Source of the DNA: Trichinella spiralis
Lineage: Eukaryota
Assembly: GCF_000181795.1 (NCBI RefSeq)
Contig: NW_003526941.1
Span: forward strand, 5,247,053 to 5,311,052
DNA: 64,000 bases
Direction of reading: 5' to 3'
Each line of letters begins with the position of its first letter. Position 1 is the first letter of the stretch. The position numbers and the translations under genes were made by a program. Below, piece after piece: positions 44,157 to 58,300 of the stretch. The notes under the pieces were generated by a model. The model saw nothing but the letters and a program-made list of their open reading frames with translations, was not told the origin of the DNA and did no database searches.

Positions 44157-45990
44157 GGATAACTGAAGGCAGCAATGGTTTTTCACCAAACGTATGCACT
44201 CACGTACATGTATATTAGCTTTCTTTTAGTTTTCACTTTTAAAAAAATATCTCTGTTAAATTTAAAATTTATTTGGACCTGCTGACAAAATAGATTGATG
44301 CGCCAGTTTAACATAATAAATAAGAACACACTCGCATTCAACTTTCTGTACTCTTACATTCACATTCCACAACTACAACTTTATTTCATTTTCATTCAAA
44401 AATTTTCCCCATTTTATCAATTTCCCATTTTCACTTTGTTATTTGTTTTTTCAATAATTTGTCAGCCACAAATTTACCAATGTCACAATATTTACATTAC
44501 TATTATTATTATTATTATTATTTTGCTGACAGACAAGTTGCAACGATTTGTTTCTCTTATAATAAAAAAGCTGAAAAAATCAATATTAACAGTGAGTAAT
44601 ATTAAAAAAAGGTAAATGCGTGGCTACTGGCTTAAAATGGCGAAACAGGATAAATAACTGTATATAGCAGCAGCAGGGAAACTAACCACAACAACAAAGC
44701 ATGCATAAAAATAAAACTGATTAGCATATTGATGCCTGTGAGCATTGTAAATTAAATTGTAAGGTTCTGCTACATTTTGGAATATACGACACCCTTTTTC
44801 AACAGCAACCCCAAAATATTATCGTTAATATTCGAAAGTTCTATCGCATATCTTGTTGTTTGTGTGATTTTGCATCAACGGTCGAGGAGACTGTTTACTG
44901 AGCATAACACACATTATTTGCACAGCGTGTTAAGCACATGTTTCATGCAAATTTTTATTTGCGAAAAGAAAACGAAATATTAATCATAATATATAACTCA
45001 TCGATGTGCATGTTGCGTATACTTTGATTCTACAAAAATTCATGAATTGAATCATTTTGTGAGGTTGACTTGAAATATTTATAGGTGGATGGTTTCCAGC
45101 AACATTAGAATGGAAGATGTTCTCAAAGGACGTCTGACAAGCGTCATCATTTTTATTCAAAATGGTGAATCACGTTACACAACTCTTCAAAATAGTTTCT
45201 CCAAATGATGAAAAGGTAATTATTTTGAAGTTACATTTTTAAATTGATTAACATCATAATATTGCTGAAAGTAGATACGGAATCTATAATAGCCCGACAT
45301 AACTAGATAATGCTTTATCAAGAAGACCTATATTTTGTTATAAATTTCATGATTACGTTTAGCAGCAGTGTATTAAGGTATTAAAATTATTAAAAGGCAC
45401 ATAAATATATTATAAACGAATTATTGCTGGAAATAAAATATCGGAATATAAGCACTTTTATGAAATTGTAAGTAAAGACGGCAAGCTGCTCATATTCTAC
45501 CGCAGGTTGATGTTGTAATTCATGTACACTGGCAATGAGTATAAAGCTAGGAGGTAGAAATCAGCACTTACCACCCAATTTACCAACATCACTTTTATGA
45601 CGAATTCACTAGGAAGAATTGTTCCGTCAGGTCTCACCATATTTATTAAATTTGAGTCAAGTGAATTCTATAAAAATGATCCTTCTTCGATATCTGAATT
45701 TTCAGTTGCATAACCTTTGCTATTTTTGAAAAATTGATGATGTTTTTTCCAACGGGTCCAGAATATTTTTCATTGGAATCAACAGCTGAATGCCCATTAA
45801 TGCACTATGAAAAGCGTAGGGGGGCACCATCTATAAATTTTTAATAATTATCTTCTGTATTTTGTCCATGCATATAAGATAACAATGTTGCCCTGACCTC
45901 ACTTTTTAGAATGACAATACCGTGATACAAATTTTTACTTACTTCAACTCACCCATCGCATCAATTAAATTATCAATTCATTATTTTTGC
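43330..45990 (+). repeat. Family B 5' segment, copy 1 (contains (AAT)18 at 44101-44154)
   Basis: Near-identical to 46875-49071; its 3' half is the reverse complement of 9223-10398. Contains a clean exon-like block at 43930-44016 (tttcag|DCHDLETNATKEWHVQNIIPLLKVMYFKK|gtaagt). Confidence 0.92.
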
Positions 45991-46874
45991 NNNNNNNNNN
46001 GGAAAAAAATAGATTTCGAATTCGAATTTGTGGACTATAGACTTGCTGTTTTCACGTTTTAAGGGAAAAAAATATTTTTTGAAATTTTGAATCCTTTGAT
46101 GAATATAGTATATATCGATAATTGGAGAGTTCTGCAAAGTCTGATTGAACACATTTCTATATTTCTGAAATAAACTGTTTTTAAATTTGGCAGTTTGTTT
46201 AACTTGATTGATAGAATATTTACGCAACCGTAACTTTGTTGATATATACCCAATTAGCGTGAAATTTAATAAGTGAGCATTTTGCACTTTGCTTTAAAAA
46301 TGATTAGCCTGTTTCAATATTTTTTTTCGTATTGTTCAATCCATTATATTTGAAGCAATAAAGCTGACTTTCTTTGACAACTATATTAATCATTTTTCAA
46401 ATACAAATGTATAATGCTATTTATGTTTTCAGAAATATTCAACTAGTATTATGCTGTAATCAGAGCATGAAAGTGAAGCGATTTAGCGATTTTTCTGTAT
46501 GTCGCATTTCGTTTTGTTAAAGGGGATATTTCACCTTTCACTTACTTGCTGCATTTCTTTATCACAAGCATGTATAGAATTTGAAATTTCCTTGTATTCT
46601 TTCTTGTTGATGATTTTAGCAAATCGTATTTGTTTTTGTAATTGTATTGTTTGTATCAATTGTTTATTTGTCACTTCTTCTATTTATATTTATTATTATG
46701 GTATTTTCAGTAATCATGGCTCCTATTAATGGATTGAAGCTGAACATTATTTCTATACTAACTTTTCCTGAAATATATTATTAATTTTATTCAACACGTG
46801 TATTTAACTGATATTATATTTTATAAGTTGATTTTAGATAAAAACTGCTCATTATACTTCGAATATTGATTGTA

Positions 46875-47647
46875 AGGAAAACATGTAATACAATGTACTG
46901 CATGACAATACACTTTCACCCAGCTAAATTCTGTTAATTTAGAAGTTTTTACAGATTATGTTAGAAATATTTAGTCTTTCAGCTTTTCATAATATTTCAG
47001 TGAAAGAAATTTGCATCGTAAGGAAATTTTACGTTATATTATGTATTTAAATAAAAAGCAAATGACGTTCGTCATTTAATAAAATTGTTCACCATATGCA
47101 CGCTGCTACGCTATTAGTGATATAAAATTAGCCTGTTCTTACCAGAGGCAAAGTAGTTTTCTATTTGCATAATTTACTTACTATCAAACACCACTTCAGA
47201 GCATTTTTATTATGTTCAGTTATTCAGTGCTGTGCGACGGCTAGAGGCACGTGTTCAACTATAATTCTACACTTCATTACCATCTTTGAATTATGCTTGA
47301 TGTTACGTTGCCTTTACTTTTCTATGAATGCTATTTGGTTGACGTTTAATTATGGTGAAAGAACACTAATCAACATCTGTATTAGTATTATTATTATTCC
47401 CTTTCAGATGCTTTATACAAACGTGTACCAATATTCGTTTTCATGTTGAGATGACCAAAATAATATTATTCACTTTCAGGATTGTCATGATTTGGAAACA
47501 AATGCAACAAAAGAGTGGCATGTGCAAAATATAATTCCACTTTTGAAAGTCATGTATTTTAAAAAGGTAAGTGATGTTTGAGAATGTATGCTGATACTTT
47601 TGTGATATATGCTATTCGCATAACTTGACAAGCATAATAAATGTGAA

Positions 47648-47733
<86 letters not shown>

Positions 47734-48077
47734 GGATAACTGAAGGCAGCAATGGTTTTTCACCAAACGTATGCACTCACGTACATGTATATTAGCTTTC
47801 TTTTAGTTTTCACTTTTAAAAAAATATCTCTGTTAAATTTAAAATTTATTTGGACCTGCTGACAAAATAGATTGATGCGCCAGTTTAACATAATAAATAA
47901 GAACACACTCGCATTCAACTTTCTGTACTCTTACATTCACATTCCACAACTACAACTTTATTTCATTTTCATTCAAAAATTTTCCCCATTTTATCAATTT
48001 CCCATTTTCACTTTGTTATTTGTTTTTTCAATAATTTGTCAGCCACAAATTTACCAATGTCACAATATTTTCATTAC

Positions 48078-48130
<53 letters not shown>

Positions 48131-49071
48131 TTATTTTGCTGACAGACAAGTTGCAACGATTTGTTTCTCTTATAATAATAAAAAAGCTGAAAAAATCAAT
48201 ATTAACAGTGAGTAATATGAAAAAAAGGCAAATGCGTGGCTACTGGCTTAAAATGGCGAAACAGGATAAATAACTGTATATAGCAGCAGCAGGGAAACTA
48301 ACCACAACAAGAAAGCATGCATAAAAATAAAACTGATTGGCATATTGATGCCTGTGAGCATTGTAAATTAAATTGTAAGGTTCTGCTACATTTTGGAATA
48401 TACGACACCCTTTTTCAACAGCAACCCCAAAATATTATCGTTAATATTCGAAAGTTCTATCTCATATCTTGTTGTTTGTGTGATTTTGCATCAACGGTCG
48501 CGGAGATTGTTTACTGAGCATAACAGACATTATTTGCACAGCGTGTTAAGCACATGTTTCATGCAAATTTTTATTTGCGAAAAGAAAACGAAATATTAAT
48601 CATAATATATAACTCATCGATGTGCGTGTTGCGTATACTTTGATTCTACAAAAATTCATGAATTGAATCATCTTGTGAGGTTGACTTGAAATATTTATAG
48701 GTTTATGGTTTCTAGCAACATTAGAATGGAAGACGTTCTCAAAGGACATCTGACAAGCGTCATCATTTTTATTCAAAATGGTGAATCACGTTACACAACT
48801 CTTCAAAATAGTTTCTCCAAATGATGAAAAGGTAATTATTTTTAAGTTGCATTTTTAAATTGATTAACATCATAATATTGCTGAAAGTAGATACTGAATC
48901 TATAATAGCCCGACATAACTAGATAATGCTTTATCAAGAAGACCTATATTTTGTTATAAATTTCATGATTACGTTTAGCAGCAGTGTATTAAGGTATTAA
49001 AATTATTAAAAGGCACATAAATATATTATAAACGAAATATTGCTGGAAATAAAATATCAGAATATAAGCAC
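46875..49071 (+). repeat. Family B 5' segment, copy 2 (contains (AAT)27 at 47651-47731)
   Basis: ORFs 43615 and 47165 are identical; the copies differ in microsatellite lengths and scattered SNPs. Confidence 0.92.
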
Positions 49072-50091
49072 NNNNNNNNNNNNNNNNNNNNNNNNNNNNN
49101 NNNNNNNNNNNNNNNNNNNNNNNNNNNNNNNNNNNNNNNNNNNNNNNNNNNNNNNNNNNNNNNNNNNNNNNNNNNNNNNNNNNNNNNNNNNNNNNNNNNN
49201 NNNNNNNNNNNNNNNNNNNNNNNNNNNNNNNNNNNNNNNNNNNNNNNNNNNNNNNNNNNNNNNNNNNNNNNNNNNNNNNNNNNNNNNNNNNNNNNNNNNN
49301 NNNNNNNNNNNNNNNNNNNNNNNNNNNNNNNNNNNNNNNNNNNNNNNNNNNNNNNNNNNNNNNNNNNNNNNNNNNNNNNNNNNNNNNNNNNNNNNNNNNN
49401 NNNNNNNNNNNNNNNNNNNNNNNNNNNNNNNNNNNNNNNNNNNNNNNNNNNNNNNNNNNNNNNNNNNNNNNNNNNNNNNNNNNNNNNNNNNNNNNNNNNN
49501 NNNNNNNNNNNNNNNNNNNNNNNNNNNNNNNNNNNNNNNNNNNNNNNNNNNNNNNNNNNNNNNNNNNNNNNNNNNNNNNNNNNNNNNNNNNNNNNNNNNN
49601 NNNNNNNNNNNNNNNNNNNNNNNNNNNNNNNNNNNNNNNNNNNNNNNNNNNNNNNCGTGTACTCTAGCAGCTCAGAAACTTATGCTTACTTGTACTATCC
49701 CAGCATCCGTATCTTTAGAACACTGGTTTTCTACATACCTCTGAAAATTAATACTGATCTGCCATCTACTTCCGTATGAGTCTAGTATTTACGTGTACTG
49801 ATGCTCACCAGAGGAGCTTCATTCTCAGGTATGCTCGACTCAGCGTCCGGGAGTTATCCTTTATGAAAATACTGTTGTTCTCACTGTGCATAATAATTTA
49901 GCATTTCATTTTCTTCCCCAAACAAATCAATATTCCCATTTCCTCTGCTCATAACTTTTACAATAAAGCTTTTATATCGAAGTATTTAAAGGCAGATCTC
50001 AAGATGTCTTTAAATAAAACATCTCTAATGTTTGAATCGGTATACACGCATAGATGAATCCTCATGATTCCATGCTGTTAATGAGGTGGAA

Positions 50092-50116
50092 GAGGAGGAG
50101 GAGGAGGAGGAGGAGG
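50092..50116. repeat. (GAG)n microsatellite
   Basis: Read directly. Confidence 0.9.
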
Positions 50117-50167
50117 AAAGGATTTTTCTGTCGGATTTCTACTTATATAGGAATTCATCATGCATGC

Positions 50168-50590
50168 TGGACCAATGGTAGAACGCTTCTTAGTGACAGC
50201 CAATGGAACGGGGGAGAATGAAATTTGCATATAATGACGACCAATAGAATGCGACGTCGTGACAGCCGGTGGACCAATGAAATTTGCTCATGATGGCAAC
50301 GAATGGAACGCGTTTAGTGACAGCTAATACGACGTGGTAGAATGAAATTTGCATATAATTCTGACCAATGGAATACGACCTAGTGCCAGCCGGTGGACCA
50401 ATGAAATTTCCTTTTGATGACAGCGAATAGAATGCGTCATAGTTACAGCCAGTGAGACAATGAAATTTCCAGTTGATGTGGGCGAATAGAAAGCGTCATA
50501 GTGACAGCCAATGAGACAATGAAATTTCTTGTTGATGAGGGCGAATAGAAAGCATCGTAGGGACATTGGACGATTTAATTTGCATATTAC
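50168..50590. repeat. Minisatellite of about 59 bp, about 7 diverged units, rich in CCAAT and ATTTGCAT
   Basis: The anchor AATGAAATTT occurs at 50217, 50276, 50341, 50400, 50459 and 50518 (spacings 59, 65, 59, 59, 59). Confidence 0.9.
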
Positions 50591-53500
50591 AAAGTAGGCA
50601 CAGTTAGCTACTTCTTGAAAATCATACAGTTGTTTATACTTATACCAATTTACACATGTGTATCATTGGTGATTCATTCCATAAACTGATTGGCAACCTC
50701 ACCGAAAAGATGCAGAAATTGCATTCTATTGTATGTTCTCTTCATTAGCTACCGGGATTTGTTGGTTATCACAGATTATATCGATTTCAGAAAATATTTT
50801 CCGACTGCTGAATTGTTAGATGAAGTCGTTCAGAAAACTATCAGGCTTTTTGACGTTATCGAGACGCTGATGGTCTTCCAGGAGCACTGCGTGCTAGGTT
50901 GTTTGATCACCACAGTGTGTAGTGGTGACGTGATTTTACATTAGTGGCTGTGGAAATTACGTTTGCTAAACGTAATGAGAACTAGCCTTCGAATTCCTTC
51001 TAATAATTTGGAAAAAAGTAGCCTTGCAATATTTCGGATGAATAGCATATTTATCCTTCAGCTGCCATTGATATTCAGTTGAACAAGTGCAGTTCAACAA
51101 AAGGCGGCAATTTAGCTTGAAACAAAATCACTAACAAATCCGTAAACAGTTATACATGAACGTTCATTTAAATCATAATAACACAACAGAAATAAATAGG
51201 TATTTAGATTAATGAATATCATGAAGTTGTCCTGAATAGCATATCATTAAGAATTGTTCAACATTCTAGATACAATACTTTACTGAATTTCAATGAAATC
51301 GTAATAACTTTTAATAGTTAGTAAACTTTACGATAATGTTTATATACCATTGCGCTATAACTTAGAAAAAATGAATTTACATTACCAAAGGCAATTACAC
51401 AAATTTACATTATTCGATTTCCATGAACTTGACCTACTTTTCAAAATGTTATCTTCATAGTAATTAATGTGAAGATCATCAGTCAAGAAATACGATGAAG
51501 TCACCTCTTCAATATCACTGATAGTTAAGCGGTAAGTCGTCTTTACAGTTGTACTAACGTTATTTCTATGTATCACTACAAACTATTTTAGTTGCAAATT
51601 AATGGATTTCAGTTTCGCTGACTAACCTTCAGATGAGCTTCACTGCCTGCATGCATAATAACTATTATATAATCATCTATCTACACTAATGAGCATCTCC
51701 TTGCGATACGTAGGAACTTAGTTCAAATCTCATTTTGGTAATTAGCATTTATGTAAGAAATATTGTGTGTTCCAATAAACGTTTAATCTGAAAATCATAA
51801 ATTTTATTGTACGCTACTACTAAACTGTTATCACTCATTGCGGTAGCTCATATAAAACGTCTGAAGTACATGCAGCCTGTATTAAACAAATAGAAATCAA
51901 GTACAAATTTTATCTTATTCTGTTATTACTAAGAGCATCCTTATTGTGGAAACGATTTGCTGCGTCGAAGTGAATTTTAATCATAGCCACTTCTATGCGT
52001 AACTATCAAACGCATACATTTTTTTATCCTTACCATTAACATCGAAATTTGGTAGCTCATTTAAAGCAAAATCTCAAAAACTACGCTACTAAGAATTGTG
52101 TGGAAAATGTGGTAATAGATTTTGCATTTTTTTGATTTATCTATATCAATTGTTTGAAGGATTTTCGTATAGAAATCAAAATTTCATGGACTAAATAGGC
52201 TACTCTGTTTTCAGGGCAGAACAAAGTTGTTTAGCAATATTTGCATTTTCTTTCCAAAATAGATACATATGGATAAACTAAATTGTTTTGCGAAGTTGCA
52301 TGGAAAACAGCCTCGAGCTTAATACGTGGAATAAGTGGCTTTTAAAGTTGGCACCATTGCCTATGTTAATACACAGAAAATTCTCAAATCTGACATTTTC
52401 TTTAAATGCAACCGTCATGCGCGCAATTCAGAAAATGGAACACCTTTGGTATTTCAGTGAAAGAATCATCCAAAACTTTATGCTTTGCACAATATTTCTT
52501 GCATTTTAGCGATCGAATTTAACATCATTTTAAAACACTTTAATTTGATGGAAGTTGCTTCAAATCAGCAGGAAATGGACATAGAGCATCTGATATACTA
52601 ACTCTATATTAATTCATCCCTTTATAATGCACTATTGATATCAATATTTAACGATTTTTCGCTTTCTCATTGATTAACACCTGTTTGTACTGTCGCATGC
52701 TTTCCGTATCTTTTATTTGTTAATAAACAGTCATATTACTAATTACTGTGCTGTACATCATTTTCATTATTCAACTAACTTCTCAGTGATATTAAACTTA
52801 TGGTTCTATGAATGTATTTTTTCTTTACAACACTCCCTGAATACCGCTAATGAAAATGAACTGTAAATGCAGTCATCGTAAATCGTTGATTTTTCCAAAA
52901 AATTTGATGAAATAACTCGTTAGCGATTGAGATATTTACAGATAAAGCACCCCACGGTGGATTGAAATTGCAATTTACATATTATTATTTTGACTAATTC
53001 ATATTCTGTAAGGAATCATCGACGAAAAACCTAACCAAAATTTGAACTTTTTGTATGCTGTAATAAGGAANNNNNNNNNNNNNNNNNNNNNNNNNNNNNN
53101 NNNNNNNNNNNNNNNNNNNNNNNNNNNNNNNNNNNNNNNNNNNNNNNNNNNNNNNNNNNNNNNNNNNNNNNNNNNNNNNNNNNNNNNNNNNNNNNNNNNN
53201 NNNNNNNNNNNNNNNNNNNNNNNNNNNNNNNNNNNNNNNNNNNNNNNNNNNNNNNNNNNNNNNNNNNNNNNNNNNNNNNNNNNNNNNNNNNNNNNNNNNN
53301 NNNNNNNNNNNNNNNNNNNNNNNNNNNNNNNNNNNNNNNNNNNNNNNNNNNNNNNNNNNNNNNNNNNNNNNNNNNNNNNNNNNNNNNNNNNNNNNNNNNN
53401 NNNNNNNNNNNNNNNNNNNNNNNNNNNNNNNNNNNNNNNNNNNNNNNNNNNNNNNNNNNNNNNNNNNNNNNNNNNNNNNNNNNNNNNNNNNNNNNNNNNN

Positions 53501-55347
53501 NNNNNNNNNNNNNNNNNNNNNNNNNNNNNNNNNNNNNNNNNNNNNNNNNNNNNNNNNNNNNNNNNNNNNNNNNNNNNNNNNNNNNNNNNNNNNNNNNNNN
53601 NNNNNNNNNNNNNNNNNNNNNNNNNNNNNNNNNNNNNNNNNNNNNNNNNNNNNNNNNNNNNNNNNNNNNNNNNNNNNNNNNNNNNNNNNNNNNNNNNNNN
53701 NNNNNNNNNNNNNNNNNNNNNNNNNNNNNNNNNNNNNNNNNNNNNNNNNNNNNNNNNNNNNNNNNNNNNNNNNNNNNNNNNNNNNNNNNNNNNNNNNNNN
53801 NNNNNNNNNNNNNNNNNNNNNNNNNNNNNNNNNNNNNNNNNNNNNNNNNNNNNNNNNNNNNNNNNNNNNNNNNNNNNNNNNNNNNNNNNNNNNNNNNNNN
53901 NNNNNNNNNNNNNNNNNNNNNNNNNNNNNNNNNNNNNNNNNNNNNNNNNNNNNNNNNNNNNNNNNNNNNNNNNNNNNNNNNNNNNNNNNNNNNNNNNNNN
54001 NNNNNNNNNNNNNNNNNNNNNNNNNNNGCATGCTTTTGCAAGCGGGGCTACTCGATTGGCAGGGATCAGTGGTAGGAATTGGGAAAAATGACGGCTCAGC
54101 CGGTTGTGCAAGTGGAAAGCTCTGAAGTAGAATTGTCAACTCGTTGACCGAAATTCAGTGTCCGCTTAGCAAAGCGCGTCGGTTTTTCTTCTCTGCCCGC
54201 CGCGTCGGCTTGTTGGTTAGTTTTTCGCCACTTTGGCGCCGGGGCGCCGACGGCGCCACCACGCCCCCTGGGCTTCATCATGCCAGGCGCACGTCCTTTC
54301 CAACCCATTTGCTGTGTCGATGTGCCGCCTTGAGCGAGACAAGTGCCAGTGAAAAAATCATCTCACGGCTTTGTGGCTGTACGTATGTGTATGCGTGTGG
54401 GTCAATACGTGTGTTCTTTCTTCCCATTCTGCAACTGCAACTATACTTACCCCAAGCTGCCAGTAGCATCAATACGAGATATTTGTGCTGTTCGCCAGAA
54501 TCATCATCATTAACTATTAACTGTTCTACTAGCAGATATTATTAGTATTATTTTGGCTAGTTATTATTTAGATGTATTTATTTGTTAGTTGTTTTTCTTT
54601 GTATTTTCACCATTCCCCTTTATATAATGGCGAGTGATCTGTTTTCAACGGGGCAAGTAGAGCGATCGTGGAACGTGAAAATCACTGGGCCGGAAACTCG
54701 CCTATTTAGAAAACAAGTGAAACAATTGATGATAATCCGGCGGCTTATTTTCTTCAACTCGTTCACGTACTTGAACGAACTTTATCTGACCATGTGAGAA
54801 TGGAAAAAATCTGGACTTGATGTTGTTTAAACGACATAACGGCCTGTACGATCGACCATGTAGATGTCGAGGTCGTCGTCGTCACTGCCACACCCGGTGA
54901 AACTTATTCACCCCAATCTTGCATACATACATACATACATACACTGGGTTTTCGAAGGTCGTAGTTTTAAAGAGGCACGTGTCTGTTAACCCCAAAATTA
55001 ACCCCTCAAAATTTGTTTTTTTTTTCAATTTTTTTTACATCTTGATATTATTAACCAACTTTTGTTGTTTTTGCATTTTATTCTTCTGTTGTTGTTTGCA
55101 CACAAATTTCTTTCATTTAATATTCTCTCTTTCATTTCGCATTCGCTCATTTCTCCAGTCTACTTAGCCCAAATTTTGACAAAGCCCCACCAGACAACAA
55201 GACTTCATTCCATTCATCTTTTTCAACTTTTCACTTTATTATTAATCAACGTAAATCTCCCAATTATTACAACTCCAAACTTGCCGATTGTTGAATATGA
55301 ATTTTCAAACTGACCGAATTTTTCTTTGACATTAGAAATTTTGTTGC

Positions 55348-55381
<34 letters not shown>

Positions 55382-58300
55382 ACTTGATCGTTTATTTTAC
55401 TTTAATTTAAAAATTTAATTTAAAAAAATTTTCATTTTACCGGTAAATGAACAATTAAAACATACATTCCAATTCAAAAAACAAAAATTGAATGTTCATT
55501 TTTTCACACTGTGCAATTTGATTTTCATGAGCAAATTGATTTATTTATTGCACATGATGTTTATAATTTTGTTCGTGTATTTTAAAACTTGGTTGTGTAT
55601 ATTAATTTTCAAAATTAACCATATACGCGTATGATAATCTGTGATTACTTTTTATTAAATAGGATAATAGTACTTGTTTTATAGTTTGCCATTGATCATT
55701 GATTCATTGATTGATCGATTGATTCATTCATTCATTCATTCTATTCATTCATTATTTCAATGAATGAATAGATTTTCATTTTCAATTTAAATAAATTTTT
55801 AAAATTAACATTTCAACGAGATGAAATGTGTTGTGCTTATTTATTATTTTCACTTTCTTACAGTTTTAATCAGAACGGCACAAAAGAACACAAACACGTT
55901 CTGTTTTTGTTATCTGTTGGTGCGCGCAGCAACATGAATGATGACGAAAACGTCAAGTGAAGTTTTCAAACCAGGTTAAAGTGTAGTATTTTTGGAAAAT
56001 CCACTTTATCAATAATTAATTGCAATATATTTTTCATTGTGAAAAGTGAAAATATGGTTTAAATCAGAACTTGCATTCATAACTTCGAGAGATGATGAAC
56101 AGAAGAATTTCGATGCTTCCGTTTTTGTTCTTGATTTCTGATCCGGTAAACGTGGCCGTTTACGGGATAATTCTGTGCACAAATTCCTGAAAAGGAATTT
56201 CAATTTTCGACACATTCAACGAATGCATTCACACTGCCCACGCAGTGCGTGACAAAGCTTCAATTTAGTTTTCAACCTTTTTTGAACATTCTTTACCCAA
56301 ATTACAGTAATCATTGTTAATTCAACTCGTTGGAAGTGTAAAACTCGTTTCTAACAAACTATTATATTTGTTTAGGGTTTTGTTTACAAAAATGAAAAAC
56401 AAAAATTTTTTCTTTTTCATTTTTTTTATTCACAATTACCAGAAGATGGGAGAAAAAGTTGTTCTGAGAAAAATTGTTCGTACATTTGAAAAGATGTTTA
56501 CTGTAGATGTGTGTTTTTACTTGATCGAAAGAATTGGAATGAAAAATCAATTACGTCAGGAACTTGTTATTAATGAAAGAAAGTTATTGTTTTTTCTTTC
56601 TTTTGAATTAACGTGCAACAGTGACGTCATTGATTAAAACTGACCAATTTTATTAAACGTTGCATAAATCGTCAAAATAGGCACTTCAGATGTGTGTTTC
56701 AAAGTGAAACACGCTCATTCTCAAGGATAGATAATAATAATAATTCAGGCCACAATAAATGGGACATCGATGCACTCTGCTCAATGGAAATAATTCTATC
56801 AACAGTGTATCAGTTACAAAGAAGTAAAGACAGCTTTAAAACAATGTTATTATCAAATGTTGAACACAAAAAGCAACAGTTGTATAAAAGAAAAAAAATA
56901 TCCATCCGCAATCTATCTATCTATCTGTATATTGTAGAGGATAGAAATATTTCGCAATGTAACAAATAATGTTAACACTTAATTGTTCATACGGGCAAAA
57001 TTTGTTGAAATAAAAATTTGAATAACATTGTTGTTGTTGTTCGATTTCAAATATCTACTCTATTTGATATTACGAATATTGAATGTCGAAACTATTTGTT
57101 GATCATTATCTTTTGCTAAGAGTATTTTGAAATTTCATCACAACAAAAAAAGCAATTGAATTAAACAACAACTTTGATTTTGTCGATAATTGATTTCATT
57201 TCAATTGATTGTAAAATTTGAATTTGGTAAATTTTACATGATTTAAATTTCAATTGAATTATAAAATTTCCATTTTCTTTTTCAATCCGTCACTGCTGCT
57301 GAACAACAATGAACAGAAAAGTGAACGTTGTGATTGTGAAATCACAAACGGACAAATCGGCGACAAATATGCAAATTTCCAATCATTACGGCGACGCTTT
57401 TCTTATCAGAATTGTTGTTATAAAACCGACTGCGCCTTGCCAATCCTGCCATTGTGCGGAATATATTCGTTTCTCTGTAAACACAACAACAAGCGGATAT
57501 ATTTTTTGTACGTATTTGGGCAAAATTTTCACTTTTCTTGAAATGTTCAATTTTCAAATCTGACGGTAAAAAGAAAAATATTCAAATTCGACTTTCCACT
57601 GGAACTCAGCCATCACAACGCTTCATCAAAAAACGGTAAGTAAACTTTACACTGTTATTTAATTGAGCATGCAAAACTGCGTTGAAGTTAATCATTTGCT
57701 CGTCATCGTTGAATTCAGTTGTTCCCATGTTCAATTGTAATTCGTTTCTACAAAGAAAAGTCATATTTGTGTCTAAACGACGACAGTATATTTATTACAC
57801 GGTTGTAGTTTTGGTCGGGGATGAAAAATCGTTCAACCACATCAAATTAACATATTTTCACTTGAGATATCATTCGCTTTGTTGTTGTTGTTGTTGTTGA
57901 AAATTGTTTATTATTGTCGTCCTTGCAACTTTGTCAGACAACAAGTCATGCTTGAATCATTTTGTACATTATTGTTTTCACCCAAAGTGAACCTGTTTCA
58001 TTCTCAGTAAATTAGCAAACGATTTAAATTCAGATCATTTTGTAAAAAGTTGCCTTCTAACTGTCATTCCGATGACCGGATGCAAATTTCAGCGTTTTTC
58101 ATTCTACAAAATTTTGAATCGGTTACAGTAATTTTACAATGTGAATTATTGGATTGTTTTTTCCCCTAACAGATCAGCGTATGCAACGACCACAGCACGA
58201 TCTTCTGTAGATAAAGTAGACGATTGGAAAACGCGCGGCGTTCACTTTTTTAAGTTGAGATATGCATATGCAAAATAATTAATCACAAGCTATTCTTTAT

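Noticed and set aside
43935..44189. Poly-Leu and poly-Ile membrane-like ORFs (also 47485-47766 and 47872-48273)
   Set aside because: Produced by (AAT)n/(ATT)n microsatellites.
50168..50590. CRISPR-like regular spacing
   Set aside because: Whole units are homologous with no unique spacers, the context is eukaryotic, and there are no cas genes.
50690..52509. Scattered exon-like ORFs (e.g. KYFPTAELLDEVVQKTIRLFDV)
   Set aside because: I could not join them into a stop-free model or assign a family, so no feature is called.
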